Origin: an uncultured delta proteobacterium
GTDB lineage: Bacteria; Myxococcota_A; Polyangia; Haliangiales; Haliangiaceae
Reading direction: 5' to 3'
Assembly (NCBI GenBank): GCA_963848295.1
Contig: CAWKDB010000010.1
Coordinates: forward strand, 3,232,001-3,296,000
DNA: 64,000 nt
Shown here: in pieces, positions 1 to 9,093 of the stretch
Position numbering within the stretch: the first letter of the stretch is position 1
Layout: each line of letters begins with the position of its first letter
Translations under genes and position numbers: made by a program
Notes under the pieces: model-generated
Database searches by the model: none
What the model was told of the DNA's origin: nothing
What the model saw: only the letters and a program-made list of their open reading frames with translations

Positions 1-2
1 TC

Positions 3-512
3 GCGAGCGCGACGCTGCAGAGCCGGATCTTCGACTGGCTCGATACGGTACAAGCCGCGACCGGTCGCAAGCCGATCATCTACAGCTACGTGTCGTGGTT
101 CGCGAGCGTTGGCGTGACCGATTCGATGCTCGCGACGTATCCACTCTACATCGCGAGCTACAACCCGTGTCCGACGATCCCGGCGCCGTGGACCGAGACG
201 GTGTTCTGGCAGTACTCGGCGAGCGGCACGGTTCCCGGGATCACGCCGAGCGCGGATCTCGACCGGTTCATGGGCACGGCAGACCAGCTCGCCGGGATGA
301 CCGGGCAGATCGACGCCGGGATCGACGCCGCCGAGGCCGATGCCGCGGACGCCGGTTCTGCCATGGAGACCGGGGGCAAAGGCGGGTGCGGGTGCGGTGC
401 CGGGGTCGGAGCCGGCGGGCCGATCACCACGATGCTCGGCGCCGCCCTCGTCGCCAGCTTGGTTCGCCGTCGCAAGCTATCGACTCGCAAGGCAAAGATC
501 CGGCTCCGATAA
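3..512 (+). CDS. GH25 lysozyme/muramidase, 5'-partial, with C-terminal MYXO-CTERM-like sorting tail
   Basis: Frame open from nt 3: GRKPIIYS, LYIASY, FWQYSASGTVPGI, DLDRF are GH25 C-terminal motifs; ends GCGC + hydrophobic stretch + RRRK. Confidence 0.8.
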   Translation, partial: ASATLQSRIFDWLDTVQAATGRKPIIYSYVSWFASVGVTDSMLATYPLYIASYNPCPTIPAPWTETVFWQYSASGTVPGITPSADLDRFMGTADQLAGMTGQIDAGIDAAEADAADAGSAMETGGKGGCGCGAGVGAGGPITTMLGAALVASLVRRRKLSTRKAKIRLR

Positions 513-545
513 GCGGTCACTCGCGTTATAAACTGGACGCTTGCG

Positions 546-1871
546 ATGACCGACCAGCTCATTGACGACCGGTTCGAGGTCCTGTCGCTCGCCGCACGCG
601 GCGCGATGGGCTCGGTCTACCGCGCGCGCGATCGGAGCACCGGTCGCGAGGTCGCGGTCAAGGTCAGCCAGCTCGGCGGCGAAGTAGATCGCGCGCGGTT
701 CACCCGAGAGGCCAACTTGCTCGCGCTGCTCGAGCACGATGCGGTAGTGCGCTACATCGCGCACGGCATGACGACCGATGGTGCGCAGTATCTCGCGCAG
801 GAGTGGGTCGAAGGCATCTCGCTGCGCGTCCAGCTGCGGTCGTTCGGGGTGTCCGCGGCCGAGGCGATCGCGATCGGGCTCGGTCTCTCCGATGCGCTGT
901 CGGCGGCGCACGCGTTGGCGATCGTGCACCGCGATGTCAAGCCGGAGAACGTGATCCTCGCCGGCGGCAAAGCGCATGCGGTCAAGCTCGTCGACTTCGG
1001 CATCGCGCGGATGACCGATGCGGCGATGCGGCTGACCCGTACCGGCACGGTGATCGGCACGCCGTCGTACATGAGCCCGGAGCAAGCGCGCGGCGCGCAG
1101 ATCGTCGGGCCACCGAGCGACGTGTGGGCGACCGGCTGCGTGTTGTACGAGCTGCTCGCGGGTCATCAGGCGTTCTCGGGCCGGTCGCCGATGGCGGTCC
1201 GCGCGCGCGTCTTGCTCGATACGCCGGCGCCGCTCGCGATCGCGTGCCCGGAGGCGCCGATGCAGATCATCGACCTCGTCGAACGCATGCTCGCGCGCAC
1301 CGCCGCGGGGCGCCCCACGATCGCCGAGGTTCGCGAAGTGCTCGCGGCGGCGAAGGTCGGCGACGGTCCGCGCCGTCTCGTCGCCGAGCCGGCCTCGCCC
1401 GATTGGCCACGCGAGACCGTCGAGCTGTCACCCGCGGGTGCGCTCGGTTGCTTCGTGTTCTTTACGTCGACCGAGACCGACCTCCCGAGTGAGGCACGCG
1501 CCGCGATCGTCGACGAGATCGCGCAGCGTCACCAGCTCGACCCCCATCCGTTCGAAGACGGATCGGTGCTGTTCGCGCCGCGTGACGCCGGCAAGCCCGC
1601 GGCGCTCGCTGCCGCGCGTGCGGCGCTCGATCTCTATCGAGCACTACCCGGTTCGGCGATCACGATCGTGGCGCACCGCGCGGGCGGACCGGTCGCCGCG
1701 ACCTTCGAGCGCGGTGCGCAATCGCTCGACCGCCTGACGATGGCCGTCCTGTTCGGCGAGGGCGTCGTTCACGGCATCCGCCTCGATCCCGACATCGCCG
1801 AGCTGATCAGCGACGAGCACGTCATCGAGATGCAGGACGGTGCCCCGATGCTGATCGCCAAACGCGAATGA
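546..1871 (+). CDS. Hanks-type Ser/Thr protein kinase with degenerate C-terminal (cyclase-like) domain
   Basis: VAVK, HRDVKPEN, DFG, GTPSYMSPE, DVWATG motifs. Confidence 0.93.
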   Translation: MTDQLIDDRFEVLSLAARGAMGSVYRARDRSTGREVAVKVSQLGGEVDRARFTREANLLALLEHDAVVRYIAHGMTTDGAQYLAQEWVEGISLRVQLRSFGVSAAEAIAIGLGLSDALSAAHALAIVHRDVKPENVILAGGKAHAVKLVDFGIARMTDAAMRLTRTGTVIGTPSYMSPEQARGAQIVGPPSDVWATGCVLYELLAGHQAFSGRSPMAVRARVLLDTPAPLAIACPEAPMQIIDLVERMLARTAAGRPTIAEVREVLAAAKVGDGPRRLVAEPASPDWPRETVELSPAGALGCFVFFTSTETDLPSEARAAIVDEIAQRHQLDPHPFEDGSVLFAPRDAGKPAALAAARAALDLYRALPGSAITIVAHRAGGPVAATFERGAQSLDRLTMAVLFGEGVVHGIRLDPDIAELISDEHVIEMQDGAPMLIAKRE

Positions 1872-1977
1872 CTGGGGACGCTGTCTCTATTGTCAACTTG
1901 CGCGGATCCGTGAATCCGCCACGTGGCTGATATTACTTAGGTTGCGCTGGGGACGCTGTCTCTATTGTCACTTTGCG
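1872..1977 (+). repeat. REP-like direct-repeat doublet, subtype B (copies 1872-1902 and 1947-1977)
   Basis: CTGGGGACGCTGTCTCTATTGTCA(AC/CT)TTGCG twice, 75 bp period, between convergent genes. Confidence 0.9.
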
Positions 1978-2009
1978 GTCGTCGCCGTCCGGATCAGCGA
2001 CCGTCCGGA

Positions 2010-3917
2010 TCAGCGATCGGTAACGACGACCAGCGGCTCGCCGTAGAGCTCGGTCCATAGCGCGGTGGCGGCGCGGCGGAGGTCGGCATCGCTGGTCTTC
2101 GCGATCACCATCGAGGCGACCGCGAGTCGATCGCGATCGATCTCGCCGTCGTGGATCATCGGACCGGGGAGGGTCGCGCCGAGCTGCTTCGCGAGTCCGG
2201 ACAGCACGACAACCGCAACATATGACTCGGGCGAGCCCCAGCCCGGCTTCGCGAACGCATGCCCGGCGAGGTCCCAGACGACGAGCTGCGGGGTGACCGG
2301 ATCGTTCGCGATCTGAGACAGCCATGCGTTGAGCTCGGCGCGCGCGTGCCGGACCAGCCCGCGCGGGTTGCCGTCGCCGTCGTTGACATCGCCGGTCTCG
2401 GCCTCGAGTGCCGCGGGGTAGCGCAGCGGCGTCTTGCGATCGCCATCGACCCCGTGCTCGGCCTCGTGCCGGCGCACGGTCGCGGCGACGAGCTCGTTGC
2501 AGCGCGATGCGATGCGCGGTGCCTCGAGCTTCGCGAGCTCTTCTTCGATCGCGGTGACACGCTCGCTCTGATAGTGCGGCACGAGCCCCGACAGCTGGCT
2601 GACCATGTTCTCCGGCAAGAACAGATCGTCGGTGTCGACGATCTGCAACCTGCGTCGCGCCAGCGCGTCGCGCCACTGATCGACGATGTCGGTGCGCTCT
2701 CGCAGCAACGCGCCGATCTGAACGGTGACGTCGGCGTCGGCGCCGAGCGCAGCGCGGAGCTCGGTCCGCACGGCCGCGCCCGCGGCCAGTTGCAGCGCTT
2801 GAGTCTCGGCGCTGCCCGTCCAGCCTTGCTCGAGCAGCGGGAACGGCGCGTCCGGCGCGACGACCGGAATCACTTGGGTGGCGACGTGGTGATCGATCTG
2901 TTCGTAGAGCAAGACCGGATCGGCGAGCTCGGATGACTGCATCCCGAGCATCGTGTGCTCGATGTTGAGGTGATCGATCCGGCGCGCGGTCACGACTCGG
3001 CGCGGCAAGCCTGCGGCGATCACGAACGCGACCTGCTCGATCCGATAGACGAACAGCGCGGCCTGTGGATTCTCGCCCCCGTAGACGTCGCCCTCGATCA
3101 GGTAGCCGAGGCCGGCGCCGGCGAGCTCGTCCGACATCCGTCGAGCCGTTGCGATCAGCGTCGCGCCGTGCGCCTGCGCCTGAGCCTCCGTCGGGTGCGC
3201 CGGCCACTGATCGAGTTGGTCGAGCAGCGTGGTCCATGCGGTCGCGAGCGCGGGGCCGTGGGCGCGCAACTCGGGCGCGGCGCGCAGCTCGGTGATGAGC
3301 CGGTGGTGCTCGTTCGCAGAGTCGTCGGCATCTTGGTGATCGACCGCGATGACCAGTCGTGGCAAGGGCTCGGCGAGCAGATGCTCGATCGCGGCGTCGC
3401 GCAGCGGCACGCCGCCGGTCTTGAACGCGCCGACCGAAGGTGGTGGCGCGGGCGCGACATACGTCTTCGCCGCGGGTCCGGGTCGCGTGAAGATGTAAAC
3501 GGCGAAGGCAGCGCACAGCCCGAGCCCGGCGAGCCCGCTCGCGATCGTGGCGATCGGTAGGCGCGACCCAGGTGGCCGTTGTTCGCGGTGATAGGCCGCG
3601 AGTACCGACGACGGATCGCCGGGCGCCACCGCGGGCTCGCCGAGCACGGCGAGCGCGGCGATGCGCTGGACGTGGCGCGCGGCATCGGCGGGATCCCTGG
3701 GCAACGCGTGCCGGTCGACCTCGGAGACCACGAGCGCGGCGTCGATCAACGCGCTCGCGAGCCGGCGGCGGGCGACTCCGCGCAGCACCGGATCGATCCG
3801 GCCGATCGCGGCGCGCGCGACATCCTCGTCTCCGGCGGCAATCCCGGCGGCGAGCGCGGCCAGCACGTGGCGACGGACCATCGCATCTGGTGTCACACGC
3901 CGCATGGGGAGCTGCAA
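2010..3917 (-). CDS. Hypothetical membrane-anchored protein, possible HExxH metalloprotease
   Basis: Long ORF with protein-like composition; one TM (GLAGLGLCAAFAVYIF); HEAEH followed by a later Glu (AELNA); start uncertain. Confidence 0.65.
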   Translation of the reverse strand: MQLPMRRVTPDAMVRRHVLAALAAGIAAGDEDVARAAIGRIDPVLRGVARRRLASALIDAALVVSEVDRHALPRDPADAARHVQRIAALAVLGEPAVAPGDPSSVLAAYHREQRPPGSRLPIATIASGLAGLGLCAAFAVYIFTRPGPAAKTYVAPAPPPSVGAFKTGGVPLRDAAIEHLLAEPLPRLVIAVDHQDADDSANEHHRLITELRAAPELRAHGPALATAWTTLLDQLDQWPAHPTEAQAQAHGATLIATARRMSDELAGAGLGYLIEGDVYGGENPQAALFVYRIEQVAFVIAAGLPRRVVTARRIDHLNIEHTMLGMQSSELADPVLLYEQIDHHVATQVIPVVAPDAPFPLLEQGWTGSAETQALQLAAGAAVRTELRAALGADADVTVQIGALLRERTDIVDQWRDALARRRLQIVDTDDLFLPENMVSQLSGLVPHYQSERVTAIEEELAKLEAPRIASRCNELVAATVRRHEAEHGVDGDRKTPLRYPAALEAETGDVNDGDGNPRGLVRHARAELNAWLSQIANDPVTPQLVVWDLAGHAFAKPGWGSPESYVAVVVLSGLAKQLGATLPGPMIHDGEIDRDRLAVASMVIAKTSDADLRRAATALWTELYGEPLVVVTDR

Positions 3918-3938
3918 GCGCCGGCGTCACGCCCCTCC

Positions 3939-4030
3939 GGTTGACAGAGTGAACACCGTCCCCAGCTAAGCGACGGAGATATCTGGGGTCCACGCGGTGT
4001 GCTGGTTGACAAGGTGAACACCGTCCCCGG
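3939..4030 (-). repeat. REP-like direct-repeat doublet, subtype A (copies 3939-3963 and 4004-4028)
   Basis: GGTTGACA(GA/AG)GTGAACACCGTCCCC twice, 65 bp period, in the divergent intergenic region upstream of minC. Confidence 0.9.
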
Positions 4031-4082
4031 CGAAAAGTTGCCCCGACACCGCGAAGTGGACTAGCCATTTGATGGGAGACCC

Positions 4083-5006
4083 ATGGACGCAGCCCACGCC
4101 ATCATCGAGCCCGAGCTGTCCGGTCCGGCCGCCCTGCTGCGTGGAACTGCCCGCGGGCTGGAGCTCGTGGTCAATGGCCGCGCCTCGGCCGAAGCGATCG
4201 CGGTCGCACTGACCACCCGCCTCGAGGAGGCGCCCGCGTTCTTCCGCGGCAACGACGTCAAGATCTGCGTCGAAGATGGCCCGCTGGCGCCCGGCTGTCT
4301 CGCCCGGCTCGACGAGCTCGCGACGAAGTTCGCGCTGCGGATCACCGAGGTGGTCGCGACCGCGGTGCCCAAGCCGAACCTGGCGGCCGGCTCGGCGCCG
4401 ACCGAGTCGGAGTTCGGCGACGAAGAGCGCACGAACACCGCGATCGCGGTTATCGGTGCCGACGCGCAACCGACCGAGCTGTCGGCCAGCAATCTCATCC
4501 CCGAATCGACGACGGACATGGAGACATTCACCGCGCTCGCCGCGCTCGCCAACGCGGAGCGCGACCCCGGCTTTGGCTTCGAAGAGCCGACCCAGACCGC
4601 GGTCCCGCTCGCGCTCGCCGCGACGCCCGAGACCGAGCTCAACACCGCGTCGGGCGGCACGCGGCTCGTCGTCGGGCCCGTGCGCTCGGGCGTGATCCTC
4701 GATCACACCGGGCACGTCGTCGTGTTCGGCGACGTCAACCCGGGCGCGGAAGTGCGCGCGACCGGCAACATCATGGTGCTCGGTCGTCTGCGCGGTACCG
4801 CGCACGCCGCGATCGGCCAGGACGTCGGGTTCATCCTCGCGCTCCGGCTCGAGCCGCAACAGCTGCGGATCGGCCGGATGGTCGCGCGCGCCGCGGACAG
4901 CGATACGCCCGCCACGCAGACTGAAATCGCATACGCCAACGGCGACGGCATCGTCGTCGAGCAATACCTCGGCAAGCTCCCGCGCAACCTCGCCACCAGC
5001 CTCTAG
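4083..5006 (+). CDS. minC: Septum site-determining protein MinC
   Basis: C-terminal beta-helix motifs GPVRSG, VVVFGDVNPGAEVRATGNIMVLGRLRGTAHA, PQQLRIG; directly upstream of minD and minE. Confidence 0.92.
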   Translation: MDAAHAIIEPELSGPAALLRGTARGLELVVNGRASAEAIAVALTTRLEEAPAFFRGNDVKICVEDGPLAPGCLARLDELATKFALRITEVVATAVPKPNLAAGSAPTESEFGDEERTNTAIAVIGADAQPTELSASNLIPESTTDMETFTALAALANAERDPGFGFEEPTQTAVPLALAATPETELNTASGGTRLVVGPVRSGVILDHTGHVVVFGDVNPGAEVRATGNIMVLGRLRGTAHAAIGQDVGFILALRLEPQQLRIGRMVARAADSDTPATQTEIAYANGDGIVVEQYLGKLPRNLATSL

Positions 5007-5018
5007 GAGTTACACATC

Positions 5019-5814
5019 ATGGGTCGAGCCATCGTCATCACGTCGGGCAAAGGAGGGGTCGGAAAGACGACCACTACCGCGAACCTCGGTACCGCGCTCG
5101 CGCAGCTCGGGCACAGCGTCGTGTTGATCGACGCCGACATCGGGCTGCGCAACCTCGACGTCGTGATGGGCCTCGAGAACCGCATCGTCTATCACGTCGT
5201 CGATGCGATCCAAGGCAAGTGCACGGTGCAGAAGGCGCTGATCAAAGATCGCAGGCTCGACAACCTGTGGCTGCTCCCCGCGTCGCAGACCGACGACAAG
5301 GACGCGGTGACGCCCGAGGATATGCGCAGCCTGGTGTTCGAGCTCAAGACCTCGTACGACTTCGTGCTGATCGATTGCCCGGCCGGCATCGAGCAAGGGC
5401 TTCAAGAACGCGATCGCCGGCGCCGACGAAGCGGTCGTGGTCGCGACCCCCGAGGTCTCGTCGATTCGCGATGCCGATCGCGTGGTCGGCTTGCTCGCCG
5501 CCGCCGACGTTCCCGCGCGGCTCGTCGTCAACCGGATCTCGGCGCACCTGGTCAAGCGCGGCGATATGCTGTCGCAAGCCGACGTCATCGAGATCCTCGC
5601 GCTCGAGATGCTCGGTGCGATCCCGCTCGACGACGAGGTGATCGCGACGACGAACAAGGGCGTGCCGGCGGTGCTCGAAGGCAAGTCGCTCGCGGCGAAG
5701 GAATTCATTCGCATCGCGAAGGCGCTCGCCGGGCACGAGGTCGAGGACAAGGCACCGGTTGGGTTCTTCACTCGTATCGGCCGCGCGCTCGGCCTGTCGG
5801 CGACCCCGGCGTGA
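5019..5814 (+). CDS. minD: Septum site-determining ATPase MinD, about 264 aa after correcting a +1 frameshift at G-run 5397-5399
   Basis: SGKGGVGKTT, DADIGLRNLD, DCPAGIEQG; the other frame continues FKNAIAGADEAVVVATPEVSSIRDADR and ends in amphipathic GFFTRIGRALGL. Confidence 0.93.
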
Positions 5815-5825
5815 GGACGTTTTTG

Positions 5826-6074
5826 ATGTGGCTCAAGAGTATTTTCGGCGCACGTCCCAGCAGCGAGGTCGCGAAGGGTCGCCTGCACCTCGTGCTCGCG
5901 CATGATCGTACCGGGCTCGACGGCGGGCGGTTGCAAGAGATGCGCAACGAGATCGCCGCGGTGATCGCGCGCTACGTGCCGATCGACGCGTCCGCGGTCG
6001 AGATCCAGATCGAGACCCGCAATCGCGCGACTCAGCTCACCGTGACGAGCGCGGTCCAACCCCGCAACGCCTGA
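5826..6074 (+). CDS. minE: Cell division topological specificity factor MinE
   Basis: 82 aa; MWLKSIFG...SSEVAKGRLHLVLAHDR...EIAAVIARYV; follows minD. Confidence 0.92.
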   Translation: MWLKSIFGARPSSEVAKGRLHLVLAHDRTGLDGGRLQEMRNEIAAVIARYVPIDASAVEIQIETRNRATQLTVTSAVQPRNA

Positions 6075-6145
6075 TCTGGGCGCGGCTCCGCCGTCACGGT
6101 CCTCGCCACGTCCAGGACCGTCGGAGCCGGATCGTCATGTCCTGG

Positions 6146-8113
6146 TCACTGCGGATCCGGATCGGCGACGCGCACCGCGGCGCTCGCTGGAACGTCATCG
6201 CGGATGTTCTCGAAGAAGTGGCCCCAACACGCGGCATGGCCGTTGCGGAGCCGCGCGCACGCTCGTTCGCCAGAGGCGCGGAGCTCGACGACGTCTCTGA
6301 GCTTCAACCGCACCGGCGTGGCGTGATCGCGCCCGCTCCCATCGCCGAGCGCGCCGGCGGTGTTTGCCCCCCAGCACCACGCCTCCCCGGTTTGCGTCCG
6401 AGCGCACGCAAACGCATCACCCGCGGTGAGCTCGACGACACGCGCCAGGCCGCGGACCGCGACAGGCGTCGCGCGCGCGGTGTGAGTGCCATCACCGAGC
6501 TGGCCGACCGCGTTCGCGCCCCAGCATGCGACCGTTGCATCCGCGAGCAGCGCACACGCGAAATCCTGACCAGCGACGACCGCGGTCGCGGGAGTGAGCG
6601 TGCGCACCGGAACGACCGCGAGGCTGCCGGCCTTCGTCGTCGTCGCCGCCGGATCGAGGCAGGCGACGCCGCCTTGCAAGTCGACGAAGCAGCGGGAGCT
6701 GATCGCGCGTGCCTTCCCGGCGACGCTGTACGCGGTCGTCGAGCGCATGTCGACGCCGTAGACACATCGCACGGCACCGGTGCCGAGCAAGACGCACGGA
6801 TCAGCGAGCGCGACGGCGCCGGCGACGTCGAGCAATCCCGCGACGCGCGCGGGCTTATCGAGCCGCTCGAATTGGCAGTTGTCCGGGCTGTCCCACCGGC
6901 ACGGTTCCCAGCTGACCGTGCCCCAACACGCCACCGCACCGCCACCGTCGACCGCGCAGGCGAACTCACGGCCCGAGACGATGTGGCTGGCCGGCGCGAG
7001 CGGCGCGATGTGCCGTGGCGCCTCGCCGGGCGCGGCCCAGCACGCGACGCTGCGATCGGCGCGGCGTGCGCACGTCTCGTCGTGCTCGACCGCGAGCTCG
7101 ACCGCGTCGCCGAGCCCGCGCGCTTCGATCGGCGTCGGCTGGGCACCATTCGGATCGTGCCGCCCGAGTGCGCCGTAGCTGTCGCCCCAGCATACGACCT
7201 CGCCGTTCGCACGCGCGCTGCACGACGTGCCTTGCGCCAAGGCTAGCGCGCCGACCCCACGGAGCTCGGGCGCTGGGCGGAACGGCTGCCACGAGTAGAG
7301 TCTGGTACCACCGCAGCTCGCGTCGCCGTTCGCGCGCGCGAAGCACAACGTCGAAATGCTGACCTCGAGATCGACGGCGCCGGCCACGCCGGCAACAGGA
7401 AACACTTCGAGGGTCGGTACGCCGGCCGAAAGCTCGAAGCCGATCACCGAGCCGTCGGGTAGGATCGCGTAGGCAGTTTCCGATGCCGCTGCGATCTGCT
7501 TGGCGCCTCGCGCAGCGACGAGCTCGAGCGGCGCGAGCTCCGGCTGGCTCGTCCGGAACATCATGCATGGGACGCGGCCGTCTTCGCCGATCGTGCAGAT
7601 GAAGTCGTCCCCCGCGACGATCCGCCGGGCGCGCTCGAGGCCTGCGATCGGTCGCGGGTCGTGGCCGCTGTCGCGCGTGGTTCGCCAGCACCACACGGTG
7701 CCGTTGCTACGTCGGACACACGCCTCGGACGCCGTGAGCGCGAGCTCGGCCGCGTCGGTGATCCCGGTGATGGCGTGCGGCGCCTGGTCGGCCGGATCGC
7801 CCGAGCCCCAGCACCATACGCGATGAGTGGCGACGATCGCGCAACTCGTCGTATCGCTCGCCCCGATCGCGACCGCGTCGGTGACCCCGGGGACGATGAT
7901 CGGGATAGGATGCGCTGTGAGAGTCGGATCGCCGACCTCGCCGGCCAGGTTCCGGCCCCAGCACATCACGCTGCGATCACCGCGGATCGCGCACATGTGA
8001 TCGTTACCGCTGACGAGCACATCGCGCCGCCACACGGTATGGGGCAGCCGTGTCGCCGGATCGGCGGCGGCGTACGAGCTCCACGCGATCGCGAGCGCGA
8101 TGACGAGCCGCAC
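6146..8113 (-). CDS. Secreted RCC1/BLIP-II-like repeat protein
   Basis: Signal peptide; many CA...G.V.CWG.N..GQLGDG repeats; GTG start inferred. Confidence 0.85.
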   Translation of the reverse strand: MRLVIALAIAWSSYAAADPATRLPHTVWRRDVLVSGNDHMCAIRGDRSVMCWGRNLAGEVGDPTLTAHPIPIIVPGVTDAVAIGASDTTSCAIVATHRVWCWGSGDPADQAPHAITGITDAAELALTASEACVRRSNGTVWCWRTTRDSGHDPRPIAGLERARRIVAGDDFICTIGEDGRVPCMMFRTSQPELAPLELVAARGAKQIAAASETAYAILPDGSVIGFELSAGVPTLEVFPVAGVAGAVDLEVSISTLCFARANGDASCGGTRLYSWQPFRPAPELRGVGALALAQGTSCSARANGEVVCWGDSYGALGRHDPNGAQPTPIEARGLGDAVELAVEHDETCARRADRSVACWAAPGEAPRHIAPLAPASHIVSGREFACAVDGGGAVACWGTVSWEPCRWDSPDNCQFERLDKPARVAGLLDVAGAVALADPCVLLGTGAVRCVYGVDMRSTTAYSVAGKARAISSRCFVDLQGGVACLDPAATTTKAGSLAVVPVRTLTPATAVVAGQDFACALLADATVACWGANAVGQLGDGTHTARATPVAVRGLARVVELTAGDAFACARTQTGEAWCWGANTAGALGDGSGRDHATPVRLKLRDVVELRASGERACARLRNGHAACWGHFFENIRDDVPASAAVRVADPDPQ

Positions 8114-8139
8114 TGAACGACTGTGGATCGACCGTGACG

Positions 8140-9051
8140 TCACCGCCAACGGCCGCCGATCCAGACGTAGCCACCGGCGCGCACTTGCCAGCTACCGCCC
8201 ATCCAGATCGCGTTAGGCGCGGGAGGTGCGCCCGGTCGCTCGACGCGCGGTGCGGGCATCGCGATCGCCTCGTCGCGCCAGAACCCGGTGCTCCAGGCCC
8301 AATCGTTGCCGGTCCATGTCCAGTAACCCGGCACCCAAGCGGCCCGTGCATTCGGCGCCGGCGGTTGTTGCTCGGCGAGCGGCGCTGGCGGCGGCGGGTG
8401 ATCCGGTGATGTCGGCACGTACGCCTCGCCCTTGTCGGGTTTGCGGTCGCGCTGCTCTCTCGCGTATTGCGCTTTGGTCTTCGCCGATGTCAGCTCGCGG
8501 ACCAGGAACACGACGCGTCGATAATCGTTCGGCGCATCCGACCACAGGCGCACGCGGATCCGGACCGAGCCGGGCTCGTCGGGACGCATCAGCATCGTTT
8601 CACCGACCACATCCTGCGCCTGCAGGCCGAGGTGCTCGCACAGCTTGTCGGTCCACGAGTCCTCACCGCCGGTCCACCGCTGCTCGATCAGCTGCGGTGC
8701 GGTGGTCGCCGAGGTGCCGGGCGCTGCGCCGGTAGCCGAGCGCGCACCGCCCGAACCGGTCGCGGTCGTGGTGCTAGGTCCGCCGCCGACGCAGCTCGCG
8801 TTGTCCGCGCCGTCTCCGAACGTACGGCCCGGCAACTTCAGGGCGCCGATCTGGATGTCGGCGTGACCGGCGATGCGATGCGGCGTACACGCGACGATCT
8901 CGACGCCATCACCGGCGCTCGCACCATCGCTGTCCCAGCTCAGCTCGAACGGCCCTTGGCTACAGCCGATCGGCGAGACGAACGCGCGCGTATGACGGTT
9001 GACGTCCGAGCCGCAGGCCGCGACGAGCGCGAGCGCGAGCGCGAGCCTCAT
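8140..9051 (-). CDS. Lipoprotein with C-terminal YXWGXW-type repeats
   Basis: Lipobox LVAAC; WVPGYWTWTGNDWAWSTGFW and WMGGSWQ...YVWIGGRW. Confidence 0.75.
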   Translation of the reverse strand: MRLALALALVAACGSDVNRHTRAFVSPIGCSQGPFELSWDSDGASAGDGVEIVACTPHRIAGHADIQIGALKLPGRTFGDGADNASCVGGGPSTTTATGSGGARSATGAAPGTSATTAPQLIEQRWTGGEDSWTDKLCEHLGLQAQDVVGETMLMRPDEPGSVRIRVRLWSDAPNDYRRVVFLVRELTSAKTKAQYAREQRDRKPDKGEAYVPTSPDHPPPPAPLAEQQPPAPNARAAWVPGYWTWTGNDWAWSTGFWRDEAIAMPAPRVERPGAPPAPNAIWMGGSWQVRAGGYVWIGGRWR

Positions 9052-9093
9052 GCCGATCCGGACGGCGCTCGTCCGGCTCAGTCGCACGCCGGG

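Noticed and set aside
3941..4011. TTGACA within the repeats as sigma70 -35 boxes for minC
   Set aside because: No convincing -10 hexamer 16-18 bp downstream, and the hexamer is part of a repeat that also occurs at gene 3' ends.
1933..4068. Long Arg/Ala/Pro-rich alternative ORFs (e.g. 1933-4068, 22929-24677, 32697-34295, and the 5' parts of 46064-48040 and 57761-60172)
   Set aside because: Shadow frames expected in high-GC DNA, overlapping better-supported genes.
5019..6074. 351-aa MinD-MinE fusion in the ORF track
   Set aside because: Product of the +1 frameshift: the middle is Arg-rich off-frame sequence and the true MinD C-terminus is in another frame.
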